64,000 bases of DNA from Promethearchaeota archaeon (lineage in GTDB: Archaea; Asgardarchaeota; Lokiarchaeia; Sigyniarchaeales; SOKP01): the NCBI GenBank assembly GCA_019058295.1, contig JAHPZI010000002.1, positions 1-64,000 on the forward strand. Direction: 5' to 3'. Each line of letters opens with the position of its first letter. The stretch's first letter is position 1. This document shows, in pieces, positions 19,636-30,119 of this stretch. Both the position numbers and the translations under genes were made by a program. The notes under the pieces are model-generated. The model saw nothing but the letters and a program-made list of their open reading frames with translations. It made no database searches and was not told where the DNA came from.

Positions 19636-19911
19636 ATGAATCCCTTTAAAAATGAAGAAGGCCAGTTGGTAGCGTCTTTCTATGGAACTATTAGGGCAAA
19701 AAGCAAAAGGCAATTCAATCTATCAATCCCTAAATTCTTGATTAATAATAAAAAACTTTTTCCAAACCAAGAATACTTTGTAAAATTCTACGAAAAGGAT
19801 TCTGTTGAGGATAAACTTTATTATCTTATAAAATTTTTTGAAGAAAAACCTGATGATGATCCTATCAAAAAGAAAGTTAAAGAATTAATAGAACAATCAA
19901 ATCAAGATTAA
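19636..19911 (+). CDS. AbrB/MazE-like (swapped-hairpin) DNA-binding hypothetical protein
   Basis: GTIRAKSKRQFNLSIPKFLINNKKLFPNQEYFVKF pattern. Confidence 0.5.
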   Translation: MNPFKNEEGQLVASFYGTIRAKSKRQFNLSIPKFLINNKKLFPNQEYFVKFYEKDSVEDKLYYLIKFFEEKPDDDPIKKKVKELIEQSNQD

Positions 19912-20196
19912 AATTAAGTTTCTATCTCTATATTATTATCTATTTTTTAAGAAATATATTGGCAATGTAATGCCCTTTTTTTGAATGAGTGTTTGCATGT
20001 TGTAAATCCCATAACAAATTAATATTCGATACCTTAACTTATAAATTCCACAATATTTTTAAAAATTAGAGTAATGTATTACAAAACATTTATTTTCTTT
20101 GTATTTTATATTACTATACGACAGCTAACTTTTGTATTAATTTTTTAAATAGATAAATCGATTTTGAACGAAATAAGAAATTATCGGTGATTAAAT

Positions 20197-20529
20197 ATTA
20201 AAAAAGTTCACGAGAATGATTTTGAGTATAGGGATGGTAAGGTCAAATACTTATTGAGAGGCCCCTCGATCGATTGGGGTGTAATAAGACTTAAACCAGG
20301 AGAAAAAATGGGGGGAAAAGCTCATGGTCATAATGTTATTGATGAAACGTTTTTCTTTATTGAAGGTGATGGCATTATGATTATAGACGACAAGGAATAT
20401 CCAGCGCCTCAAGGAAGCGTTTTTTTGTGTGAACCAAAAGAAATGCATAACATTCGAAATGATTCCTCAACTCCGATAAAAATCGTCTTTATTAAGGGGG
20501 ATTATAAACCAGATGATAAAATTGAATAA
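20197..20529 (+). CDS. Cupin domain protein; probable ATT start
   Basis: HGHNVIDETFFFIEG...EPKEMHNIRN cupin motifs; frame extends as (I)KKVHENDFEYRDGKVKYLLRGP to an in-frame TGA at 20188; GGTGA at 20186-20190. Confidence 0.8.
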   Translation: MKKVHENDFEYRDGKVKYLLRGPSIDWGVIRLKPGEKMGGKAHGHNVIDETFFFIEGDGIMIIDDKEYPAPQGSVFLCEPKEMHNIRNDSSTPIKIVFIKGDYKPDDKIE

Positions 20530-20585
20530 ACAAAAACATTAAAAAATTAAATAATAAAAAAATCAATATTATTAAGTATTTAACC

Positions 20586-20978
20586 ATGGCTAAAAAGAAA
20601 AAAAAGCAAGCTAAAAAAGGTCGTCGAACTTATTCTCATAAGCCTGAAGAGATTGTCCCATCAAGAATAAAGATGCCTAATCGCAGAATTGGAGAAATGT
20701 TCGGAAGAGTGGTTTCAATATTAGGTAATGACCGAATGGAAGTATTCTGTGAAGATGAGAAACATAGAATAGGAAGAATACGAGGTAAAATTAAAAAACG
20801 GGTATGGATCCGTATTGGCGACCTAGTTGTCGTATCCCCATGGGATTGGGAAACAGAAATGAAGGATAAGCTTGGAAAATGTGAAATCACTTGGCGTTAT
20901 ATGAAAAGTGAAATATCATGGCTTACTCGGAATAGGAGAATTCCCGATATCCTTGACATAAATAAAATACCATTTTAA
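20586..20978 (+). CDS. eif1a: Translation initiation factor aIF1A
   Basis: GRVVSILGNDRMEVFCED...RIRGKIKKRVWIRIGDLVVVSPWDW...ITWRY. Confidence 0.95.
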   Translation: MAKKKKKQAKKGRRTYSHKPEEIVPSRIKMPNRRIGEMFGRVVSILGNDRMEVFCEDEKHRIGRIRGKIKKRVWIRIGDLVVVSPWDWETEMKDKLGKCEITWRYMKSEISWLTRNRRIPDILDINKIPF

Positions 20979-21168
20979 AATTTGATCTTCGATAATCTTA
21001 TTAGTGTAATTTAATCAATTATTAATTGGATTTTATTATTGATCTATTTAGAATCTCTTTAAAAAAGCAAAATTTAAAATTTATAATTACCTTCTTTAGT
21101 ATATACCTTATTTCTCTTACAAATTTTTTAACTAAACCCAAATTAAATAAGGAAAAAATGAAAATATA

Positions 21169-21930
21169 ATGTCCGATCAAAAAGAAAAAGTTAAAGATGG
21201 CAGCGAAAAAGATATTATCATGGAGGAAATTGCTAACCAATCCGTTGAAGAAGAAAAGGAAGATTTAACAACGCTTTTCGCAGTTAGAACAACAATTAAT
21301 CAAGAAAGCAATATATTAAGACAGATATTTTATCGGTTTAAAATATTAGATGTAATTCCAGACATTAAAGCTATGTTGGTTAGCCCATTGCTTCCGGGTT
21401 ATATATTCATCGAAGCTTCACAGAAGAGGGATGTACAGATCGCAATTCAAGGTATCCCTCATATAAAAGGAAGAATAGTTGGACAAATTAAGCTAAAAGA
21501 GATTAATCATGTTCTCGTTCCAAGATCCGTGACCGAATTTCTTGAATCTGGTGACACCGTGGAAATTATATCGGGAGTTTTCGAGGGTTCACGCGCTTTA
21601 GTAATGAGAATGCCCCATGATACTTCCAGTTCAGAGGAAGTTGTTGTACGCCTTTTACAGGAGGAAACCCCTATTACTATCAAAATACATGGGGATTATC
21701 TCAAGCTAGTAGAGAAAAAGAAGAGAGAAAAAGAACCCATCCCAGAAATAAGAGTCACAACTCCAGAAGAAGCTGTTACTGATTTAGAAAAGATGATAAG
21801 TTTCGATGATGAATTTGAAACTGAGTTAGAAGATGATTATCCTGAGCAATACGAGAGTGAGGCAATTGGAGATTACGAGGAGGAGGAGGAAGATGAAGAG
21901 GATGAATGGGCAAAATTCGATGGCTTTTAA
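21169..21930 (+). CDS. spt5: Transcription elongation factor Spt5 (NGN + KOW) with acidic extensions
   Basis: FAVRTTINQE, LPGYIFIEA, KOW GDTVEIISGVFEG; long acidic C-tail. Confidence 0.9.
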   Translation: MSDQKEKVKDGSEKDIIMEEIANQSVEEEKEDLTTLFAVRTTINQESNILRQIFYRFKILDVIPDIKAMLVSPLLPGYIFIEASQKRDVQIAIQGIPHIKGRIVGQIKLKEINHVLVPRSVTEFLESGDTVEIISGVFEGSRALVMRMPHDTSSSEEVVVRLLQEETPITIKIHGDYLKLVEKKKREKEPIPEIRVTTPEEAVTDLEKMISFDDEFETELEDDYPEQYESEAIGDYEEEEEDEEDEWAKFDGF

Positions 21931-22056
21931 AAAAAATTTTTTTAATTCTATTCTTTTAATAAATACTAATTTTTAGTTTCGAACAATTTTTTAAGTAAAA
22001 AATTTATAAATAATATAAAAAAGTCATTTAGATTAATAAAAAGATTTCTGAGTTTT

Positions 22057-22806
22057 ATGATCAAAAATATCTTTATAATGAAGGCAAGAACGGGGGAATT
22101 AATTTTTCATAAAACTTACGAGGATATTTTTAACGTTAAATTAACAAGTCAATTTTTAAGTGCTATCTTCTCCTTCGTAAAACAAACTTTAAAAACGGCG
22201 AAACTATCAGAAATTGAGGTTTCTGAATTTAGATTTATATTTGAAATCGAAAATATTCAAAATGATGAGTTAATGTTTGCTATTTTCGCAGATAGGACAG
22301 ATAATTTGGTTGAACTTAGAAATCAATTAAGAGAAATCAAAAATCAATTTCTCAGCAAGTTCGATTTGGAATCTTTTGATATTAATTTTGATGGCGAAAT
22401 CTCAAAATTTCTTGATTTCGAAAAGAACATAACAGAGATTATTGAGAAAAGCAAAAAATTGGTTTCTGAGGAAATAGAAAAAGATTTAATAAAAATCATT
22501 AATGAATTGCATACGTTTTCTTCTTTCGTGACCTCTTCAGCTTTGTTAACACAAACTGGAAGAGTTATTGTGTCTTATTTGTATCCAAATGTACTTTCAG
22601 AGATAATAAAGCTCTTAGAATCTCGTTTCTTAATTGGAAATGACAAAATCAACGAACTCATAACTCTTGAAAGTTTTGGCATTCTAAGTTTGACCGGAAT
22701 TGACAGCTTTATTTCTGTGATTTTATTTAAAAGTCGTTGTCCATTTGATACCGCACTTACAATTTCAAAAAAATTTTCTTCGAGATTACGAAATCTCATT
22801 TTTTAA
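22057..22806 (+). CDS. Longin-like plus roadblock-like domain protein
   Basis: MIKNIFIM..TGELIFHK...LTSQFLSAIFSFVK longin pattern; C-half SSALLTQTGRVIVS roadblock-like pattern. Confidence 0.65.
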   Translation: MIKNIFIMKARTGELIFHKTYEDIFNVKLTSQFLSAIFSFVKQTLKTAKLSEIEVSEFRFIFEIENIQNDELMFAIFADRTDNLVELRNQLREIKNQFLSKFDLESFDINFDGEISKFLDFEKNITEIIEKSKKLVSEEIEKDLIKIINELHTFSSFVTSSALLTQTGRVIVSYLYPNVLSEIIKLLESRFLIGNDKINELITLESFGILSLTGIDSFISVILFKSRCPFDTALTISKKFSSRLRNLIF

Positions 22807-22946
22807 TTTTTAATCTTGATAATTGAGTATTTAATTTCAACACTTAATTTTCTAATTCTGAAAAAAATTAAAAAATGAATTCATATTTAACATATTAAAT
22901 AAATTATTTATCTAATAAATTTCAAAAAAATAAGCGTGAAGAAAAA

Positions 22947-24251
22947 ATGGAAGAAGAAAAGAACCCCAGATATATGGTTCAAGCTATTAACAACGAGATT
23001 TTAGGTAAATTAAGCCTTAAAAATAGATATTCCTTCTTAAATAATAACCTCATGGTACTATTGAATCAAGAACAATTCAATTTTCTTAAAAAGGTTCAAA
23101 AATTCTGTATGCGGTTTGAGAAGAAAAATAACATTACACATGGTCCTGAAGATGACATTTACGATTGGATCCCTGCTTTTGGTAAAGAAGGTTATATTAC
23201 TAGAACAGAGCCATTTGCCATGATTGATGTAAATTATGAAACTTCCGGAGCTGCTATTGACTTTTTAAGAAATTTAGCATTAGAATTCTTCGATCCACAA
23301 TTCGCAATGGGTGGAGGAGCAACAGTACTCGCAATTAATCCAATTAAAGAGCATCACGAGAACATTCCAGTCAGATTAGAAGCACTCAAGGATTTAGTGA
23401 CAGGTCAATCAGCTGGGTGCATCTGTATCACCGAACCAGAAAGAGGTTCTGATGCTGTACATCAATTAACTGTATGTGAAGAGCAACCAGATGGCAGTTT
23501 TATTTTAAATGGAGAAAAAATATTCAATACAAACGCTCCAAAATCAAAATGGGCAGTAGCTTACGCAACCGCAGAAAAAAATAACGGTAATACGATGGCT
23601 CAATTCTTGATCAATACTTCATGGGATGGATGGAATTGTGAGAGAGTGGGAATACCTTGGGTACCGAAACTCTATCTTGGAAAAGAGACTTTTATAAATC
23701 TGAGAGTGCCCAAAGAGTATGTCCTAGGTGGAGTTGGCAAAGGTCGTGATCATCTTTTTGAAGGATTAGTTCCTGAAAGAATTGGTATCGCAATAATGGG
23801 TATTTGTGAATGTTGGAACGCCGTTACTCATGCTGCTATTTATGCCAATAATAGAAAGCAATTTGATAAAATGATTTTACTCTTTCAGGGAGTTGGTTTT
23901 ACGTTAACTGACCTATGGGCTAAAACTACTAATTTAACATTATCGTTATTAAAATTCTGCGAATCCTACGACGAGAAAATGGAAAAATTTGGCGGTGAAT
24001 TACCTAAGAATATCGCACAAGCATTAGTAGCTTCCGCATCAATGCTTAAATATCATTGCACCGCATTATCGAAAGAAATATGTTATGAAAGTGCTAACTT
24101 AATGGGTGGTGCTGGACTCTGTGATAATACGTTAATGAATGACCTACTTAATATTTCTCGAATTCAAGAGATCGTTGGAGGAAGCCGTCAGATACAACAA
24201 TATATAATGTCTATGGCATTAAGACAATTATATAAAATGTCAGGAATATAG
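22947..24251 (+). CDS. Acyl-CoA dehydrogenase family protein
   Basis: CITEPERGSDA, LNGEKIFNTNA, RKQFDK..FQGV, LMGGAG, IVGGSRQIQ. Confidence 0.92.
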   Translation: MEEEKNPRYMVQAINNEILGKLSLKNRYSFLNNNLMVLLNQEQFNFLKKVQKFCMRFEKKNNITHGPEDDIYDWIPAFGKEGYITRTEPFAMIDVNYETSGAAIDFLRNLALEFFDPQFAMGGGATVLAINPIKEHHENIPVRLEALKDLVTGQSAGCICITEPERGSDAVHQLTVCEEQPDGSFILNGEKIFNTNAPKSKWAVAYATAEKNNGNTMAQFLINTSWDGWNCERVGIPWVPKLYLGKETFINLRVPKEYVLGGVGKGRDHLFEGLVPERIGIAIMGICECWNAVTHAAIYANNRKQFDKMILLFQGVGFTLTDLWAKTTNLTLSLLKFCESYDEKMEKFGGELPKNIAQALVASASMLKYHCTALSKEICYESANLMGGAGLCDNTLMNDLLNISRIQEIVGGSRQIQQYIMSMALRQLYKMSGI

Positions 24252-24371
24252 TTTACAAAGAATATAATTCACTCTAAGTGAAACACTTTTTTTTTTCTTT
24301 ATTTTTTAATGGAGTAGAGTTTTATAAGTGTAAAATAATAAGTAAAAAAAAGATTAAAATTAAAACGTAAT

Positions 24372-24581
24372 TTACTCTTCTTCTTCAGCCGATATTAATT
24401 CTTCAATTTTTTCTTCCAGTTCCTCAATTTTAGCGTTAATCTCTTCCATTCTCTTATAAGCATCACATCTTGAACAGCCATCCTCTTCTTTACAGAGATC
24501 TAGAGTATCACAATTCTCTTCTAATGCTTCCATTTCATCTTGTAATTTCTCAACTTCTTCTTCTAGTTTATCTACGCTCAT
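24372..24581 (-). CDS. Small acidic coiled-coil protein with a four-Cys cluster
   Basis: GGTGA RBS before ATG 24581; heptad-rich helices flanking CDTLDLCKEEDGCSRC. Confidence 0.7.
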   Translation of the reverse strand: MSVDKLEEEVEKLQDEMEALEENCDTLDLCKEEDGCSRCDAYKRMEEINAKIEELEEKIEELISAEEEE

Positions 24582-24683
24582 GTTTCTCACCAAAAAATAA
24601 TATTTTTCTTAATATTTCATAATTTATTTTTTTTACTTTAAAAATTTGAATTAATAAGCACCTAATAAATTAAAATTAAGATT

Positions 24684-25385
24684 TTAACCTTCCCATACAC
24701 CGATATAATCGTCTAAAATATTATAAATCTTATTAAAACCTAAATGATAATATAATTCTTTAAGACTCTCGTTGTTATATTTCCAACATGATCTCTGTTC
24801 GAACGAGTTAATCCCATCGTTATCAGCAAATAAAAAATCGAGGATTTTTATTAATCTTTCAGGGAAATACTTACTAATTTTAATAACTGTTCTGGCCAAT
24901 GCGTCGTGACCATTCATATTGTCTTGTGGTCTTACTGCTACTGGTTCGCAAATAATTATTTTTTTAGCAAAATTTTTAGCATTTTCAACTAAATCTATGT
25001 GGTTCGGATAGATATGATGAAGAATGTCGCAAAAAACGATTATATCGGCATTATCAGGATATTCATCAAAATCGAAAATATTATTTTGCTTTAAGATTAT
25101 TTTTTTTGGCTTAGCTTTCCCCCTATTCCAGTCTTTTCTTATTTTAATGAGAAATTTTCTATTTAAATCCCAACCTTCATAAATAATATTATTTGGTAAA
25201 TAATGAGTTAGAAATCCTGTTCCGCAAGGTAAATCCAATACTTTTTTTGAACCGTTTCCAATAATTTTGGCAATACTCATAAATTTTTTATGTTGATCGT
25301 AAAGCCGCTTTGTCGTCCAATTATATATATAACCACTGCGATAAACAATGCTCCTAAATCCTGTATTTATTGTCTTAACAGCCAT
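24684..25385 (-). CDS. Class I SAM-dependent methyltransferase
   Basis: VLDLPCGTG motif I; DILHH. Confidence 0.85.
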   Translation of the reverse strand: MAVKTINTGFRSIVYRSGYIYNWTTKRLYDQHKKFMSIAKIIGNGSKKVLDLPCGTGFLTHYLPNNIIYEGWDLNRKFLIKIRKDWNRGKAKPKKIILKQNNIFDFDEYPDNADIIVFCDILHHIYPNHIDLVENAKNFAKKIIICEPVAVRPQDNMNGHDALARTVIKISKYFPERLIKILDFLFADNDGINSFEQRSCWKYNNESLKELYYHLGFNKIYNILDDYIGVWEG

Positions 25386-25516
25386 TCTGAAGATAAATAT
25401 GTTAATTTCTAAACTTCTAATATAATTTTAATCTTTTCATTTATTAAAAATTTGATTAAAATTTATTAAAAATTTTTTTGACAACTTGGATATAGCAAAA
25501 AAAAGAAAAATTAACT

Positions 25517-27571
25517 TTATTTTAATTTAAGGTTATTTATCTTTTCATCAATTTCTTTATTGAGTATTTTCAGTTCTTTATCTAAATCGTTAATTTCAGC
25601 AGAAATATTTTCATATCTTTCTTCTTGAATACTTAGTTTTTGTACGTATTTTTCCCTGAGTTTTGATTCTTGAGTAGTATTTCCTAGAACAGCAATATTT
25701 TCCCGAATTCTTGCTTGTTCCTCTGTCATTTGATACCGTTCGTTATCAAGTTTGGACTTTTTTTCTTCAAGATCGCTTTTCTTGCCTATCAATTCTCCTA
25801 TTTCTTTCAATTGTGCTTCTAATTCCTCATTTATAAAACGTTGCCTAACGTAAAAATCAACTCTTCTCAAAATATCATCTTTAGTCCAGTTCCATAAATA
25901 ATAACTCGAATAATTTTCACTACGTTCCCTAATTTTAAAAGAAATTGCTTCCTTTTCTTTCAATTTCAGTTTAAAACGCCAATAATTAGGTGTCTCTTCT
26001 GGTTCCACAGGACTTTCTTTAATTTCATAGCCGGACTTTTTTGGATGATCTAGGTATAGTTCTTTCTCTTCATTTGTTTTATTCTTAATTTTATATTCAG
26101 TTCTTAAATCTGTGAAATAATATTCGTAGCAATATGCGTTTCCAATCGATAATCTATGAACTTTTTGATTCTGGGATTTTTCTTCATGATTAATTATAAC
26201 CGCTTGTTCAACAGCATAATTCAAAAGGCGAGTGTCCTCTTTGTTTAAAAAAGGTATAATCGCTTCCCCTGCGAGATTGTCATCGTAAATTATCGTAACT
26301 GGACCACGCTCAAGCGTCAATGCTGTATTATTTGTAATTTCAAGGCACGCATTCGGATTTAGGCCATGTTCGTTTTTATTATAAAGCAATATCCTTTTTG
26401 CTTTAATTTCTTCTGTTAGGATTGGAACTAATGCGCTTTGCTTCCTTTTAATTGTTACAGGGTTGATGATATTATATTCAAATAATTCTCCTAAATCTTT
26501 TGTCTGAGCTGCCGTTTGAGATTTGATTTTATCCATGATCTCAGTGTCAGCTAAACCGCCTCCAAAAGAAGCACCTGTGGTTGCTATGGCGGCCATTGGT
26601 GCAGGAGCTTCTTCTGCCATTCTTCGCGCTTTTTTAGCTCTAGGTGGAGCCATAGTTTTGTCTTTAGCCATCTCATACTCGTCAAAATCTTCCATTATCA
26701 AACCTTCCTCAATCTCAGTTGGTCTTGCACTTAATACTCGTGGAGGTTGAATTCTTGGTCTATCAATGAAGATCGGTCTGTAAAACTCGTAAATGAAAGA
26801 TACTGGCATACCAGCAACTAAAGATAATTCAATATCTTCCCAATCTTGATTTGTAGTGTTCTCAATTAACGCCCATCCACTTATTAAACATTTCTCCTCT
26901 AAAACTTGTTGTCTACTCATAATCAATCTATACGATGTTTTCCAAATAGGGCTTTCCCTTATATAACTTACAACGATGCTCCTTTCTCCTTCTTGACCCC
27001 CTGATTCACAATTAATAATAATCTTTTTGGCATCTTTTTTCTTTCCTGCTATGACTGTGTCTAAAAAAAACTTCAAATCTTTTTTAAGTTCATCATTCAA
27101 GATCTCAAAGCTTTTTATTTCAGAAAAGGGGATTTTTGTAACAACTTCATCATCTTTAAGTAATGTCAATAACTTTTCAATTATTTTGCCCTCTTTATTG
27201 AGTTTTTCAATAAGTTCAATCCCCATTATAGTTCCTGAAATTTTTTCGCTTCCGACGATTAAGTTAACTTTTGCTCCCTTTATTTGCATTATGAGTGAAG
27301 AAAAAGAATCTTTATCAGGAATATCTAACATAATAGACTTTAATAACTGGGATGTATCTAGTGCCGCATCGTAAGAGATTGATGAGATATAACCCTTTTC
27401 ACTAGTGTCTAGAACAAAGAGAGATTTTAATATATCGTCCATTTCGTCGATTTTGAATTCGATCTCAAATGTCCCCATTCCTTTTTGCTTCCCTTCGAGA
27501 ATAAAATAAGAGACTCCATGTTTAAATATTATCACACGCTTGACTTTCAATTTTTTACTTAGTTGTGACAT
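25517..27571 (-). CDS. DUF4139 domain protein with C-terminal coiled coil
   Basis: VIIFKHGVSYF, DDILKSL, WKTSYRL, GWALIENTTNQDW..IELSLVAG. Confidence 0.75.
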   Translation of the reverse strand: MSQLSKKLKVKRVIIFKHGVSYFILEGKQKGMGTFEIEFKIDEMDDILKSLFVLDTSEKGYISSISYDAALDTSQLLKSIMLDIPDKDSFSSLIMQIKGAKVNLIVGSEKISGTIMGIELIEKLNKEGKIIEKLLTLLKDDEVVTKIPFSEIKSFEILNDELKKDLKFFLDTVIAGKKKDAKKIIINCESGGQEGERSIVVSYIRESPIWKTSYRLIMSRQQVLEEKCLISGWALIENTTNQDWEDIELSLVAGMPVSFIYEFYRPIFIDRPRIQPPRVLSARPTEIEEGLIMEDFDEYEMAKDKTMAPPRAKKARRMAEEAPAPMAAIATTGASFGGGLADTEIMDKIKSQTAAQTKDLGELFEYNIINPVTIKRKQSALVPILTEEIKAKRILLYNKNEHGLNPNACLEITNNTALTLERGPVTIIYDDNLAGEAIIPFLNKEDTRLLNYAVEQAVIINHEEKSQNQKVHRLSIGNAYCYEYYFTDLRTEYKIKNKTNEEKELYLDHPKKSGYEIKESPVEPEETPNYWRFKLKLKEKEAISFKIRERSENYSSYYLWNWTKDDILRRVDFYVRQRFINEELEAQLKEIGELIGKKSDLEEKKSKLDNERYQMTEEQARIRENIAVLGNTTQESKLREKYVQKLSIQEERYENISAEINDLDKELKILNKEIDEKINNLKLK

Positions 27572-27612
27572 AAATTAACTATAAGAATTTGAACATTTAA
27601 ATCTTAATAATA

Positions 27613-29931
27613 TTAAATAGCGAGTAACTTTTTTAGAATAAAAAGAGCACCTTTTTTATCTAATGGTTCGTTATTATTGCCGCATTTGGGGCTCATTATA
27701 CATGCTGGGCAACCATTTGGCTCACTACAATTACACGATTTAATCAATTTGTATGTTAATTCAAGTAGCTCCATAAGGTTATAATAAAGCGATTCTGAAA
27801 TTCCTATTCCGCCTCGAAACGCGTCATAAATATATATAATCGGTTGTTGTTTGACAGGATCAAAATCGATTGAAAGTCCTCCAAGGTCCCAGCGAGATAT
27901 CTGTGCTAATGTCGGTGCCATAGCTATCATTGCATGTTCAATTGCGTGTACGGTCCCTCCAAGATCGTAGTCATTCCGCTCTAACTCTTTTTGGAATTCG
28001 TAAGGTATCAAAAACCAAACTGAATGAGTCTCGAATTCTACAATCGGTATATCTAATAATGGAAACCTATCTCTGATTTCTTGAGTTAAAGTATCAATAA
28101 CCTTATAAGAATAATATTCATATTCAACTTTCACATTTCCAAAATATGTACTGATTTGATTGTTTGGACCCGTTTCTTTTTGAGAAAAGATCTCAAGTGG
28201 AGTGACTTCAGTGTGCTTTAGCGATTGAGTGTAATAATCCACATCAGCTTTTGCAATATATACTTTTTTTTCATCAATGTCGAGTTCTTCAACTATATAA
28301 GTTTCTGCTTCATAGAGATATATTGCTCCATGATGTAAATCTCTAAAGACATAACTATCATCTTCAGCAGTTAAAAATTCCTCCCTTCCATTAATTCTTA
28401 AAATCACTTTAAAGGTTCGATCAGATAAATTACTCAATCCAAATTTTTCATTGGGGAAAAAATCGCCTTTCCAATAGTATCGATCTCCTCGCTTCATTAA
28501 TAGCGAATCGTTTACTAATTCTTCCAAGCATTTAATAAAAAATTCTTTTTTCTCAATTCCAAACTTCTGATAATCATCAATTTTTATTGGAATTTCTTTT
28601 GAAGCACAGCATAGGTGATTCTTTAAAATATATTTATTATTTTGTGTTATAAGAACTTCTTCTTTAATAGGACCAAATAAAATCTCAGGGTTATGGACAT
28701 AGAAAAAATCCAATGGGTTCGCCATTGGGATTAACGTTGAAATAGAAACGTCTTCTCCTCTTCCAGATCTTCCTATCTGTTGCTTAAAGCTAGAAATCGT
28801 TCCGGGGAATCCAGAGCAAATGGTTGCGTCTAGGGATCCTATATCAATACCCAGTTCGAGAGCATTTGTAGAACTAATACCTAATAATTTTTTGTTTTTA
28901 AAATCCTGTTCAATCTCTCTCCTTTTCCTTTTACTTATTCCGGCTCGATAGCTTACAATTTTCTCTTTTAATTGTGGAAGTGTTTGTCTTGTCCAAATTG
29001 CTTGTAATTCAGCCATTTTTCTAGATAATGTAAAAGTCAAAGTTTGAATTCCTTTTTTTAAATGGCTTACATAAAGGTTTTTAGTTTCTTGATGAGCCGA
29101 ACGATATTTATGAGATATATCATCATAAGGTAAATCCCATAAAATTACATTTTTAGCACCAGATGGGGAGTCATCTTTATCAATTATAACAAACTCTTCA
29201 CCAATCAATTTTTCTGCGAAATTCTTTGCATTATTAATTGTAGCACTAGATAAGATCCAAATAGGATTTATATTATATGTTTCAAGTATTCTTTTTAATC
29301 GCCTTAGTAATAATGAGAAGTTCGAACCGAAAATACCTCGATAGATATGAATTTCGTCTAGAACGATATATTTTAAGTTTTTACAAATTCTACTCCATTT
29401 TTGCTTGAACCAGGGCAAATAGAAGTGAAGTCCATAAGGATTTGTGATAATTACGTTAGCATTTGTTAAAATTTGCCTTTTTTCATAAGGATCTACATCC
29501 CCGTCATATGTTCCGACCCTTTCTGGTTTGATATTTGTATCTACCATTAGTTTAGATAATACAAAATACTGATCCCTAGCTAACGCTTTAGTCGGAAATA
29601 TATATATGGCAGTACTGTTAGGATCTTCTTCTAAAATTGTTTGTAATACTGGAAGATTATAACATAGAGATTTCCCGGAGGCTGTCGAAGTAACGATTAC
29701 TGTATTTTTTCCCTCTCGAATTGCGTTGATAGCCTCAGCTTGATGCCCCCATAATTTGATATTGTTTGTGTCTAACCAACGTTCTAATCGTTTTTTTAAG
29801 GGTTTTTTTAAAGTACCAAATAGAGGTTCTTTTTTTGGAATATATTGAATGTGTGATATTTGGTCATTATAATAATCTTGTTTCTTTAAGTAGAGTAAAA
29901 ATTCTTCAAAATCAACCATATTTAATTTCAA
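27613..29931 (-). CDS. DEAD/DEAH-box helicase with DUF1998 Zn domain (Hrq1/SftH/MrfA family)
   Basis: TSTASGKSL, PTKALARDQ, LDEIH, SAT, LELGIDIG, QQIGRSGR, CNC..GCPACIMSPKCGNNN. Confidence 0.92.
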   Translation of the reverse strand: MKLNMVDFEEFLLYLKKQDYYNDQISHIQYIPKKEPLFGTLKKPLKKRLERWLDTNNIKLWGHQAEAINAIREGKNTVIVTSTASGKSLCYNLPVLQTILEEDPNSTAIYIFPTKALARDQYFVLSKLMVDTNIKPERVGTYDGDVDPYEKRQILTNANVIITNPYGLHFYLPWFKQKWSRICKNLKYIVLDEIHIYRGIFGSNFSLLLRRLKRILETYNINPIWILSSATINNAKNFAEKLIGEEFVIIDKDDSPSGAKNVILWDLPYDDISHKYRSAHQETKNLYVSHLKKGIQTLTFTLSRKMAELQAIWTRQTLPQLKEKIVSYRAGISKRKRREIEQDFKNKKLLGISSTNALELGIDIGSLDATICSGFPGTISSFKQQIGRSGRGEDVSISTLIPMANPLDFFYVHNPEILFGPIKEEVLITQNNKYILKNHLCCASKEIPIKIDDYQKFGIEKKEFFIKCLEELVNDSLLMKRGDRYYWKGDFFPNEKFGLSNLSDRTFKVILRINGREEFLTAEDDSYVFRDLHHGAIYLYEAETYIVEELDIDEKKVYIAKADVDYYTQSLKHTEVTPLEIFSQKETGPNNQISTYFGNVKVEYEYYSYKVIDTLTQEIRDRFPLLDIPIVEFETHSVWFLIPYEFQKELERNDYDLGGTVHAIEHAMIAMAPTLAQISRWDLGGLSIDFDPVKQQPIIYIYDAFRGGIGISESLYYNLMELLELTYKLIKSCNCSEPNGCPACIMSPKCGNNNEPLDKKGALFILKKLLAI

Positions 29932-30119
29932 TAATTGGAATAAAAGGTAATAATTAAAAATTTCAAGGATAATAGATTTTATAATTTTTTATTAGTTTTA
30001 AGACTCTTATTCCTGATAATGTAAAAATTTAGATTTAAATAGTTGGAATATATTAAATATTTAAAACTACAGCTTTTACTACTAAGAATTTTAACTAAAA
30101 TGTAACAAAGTGATATTAT

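Noticed and set aside
19945-20015. Short minus-strand ORF (MGFTTCKHSFKKRALHCQYIS)
   Set aside because: Only 21 codons, no RBS and no recognisable motif.
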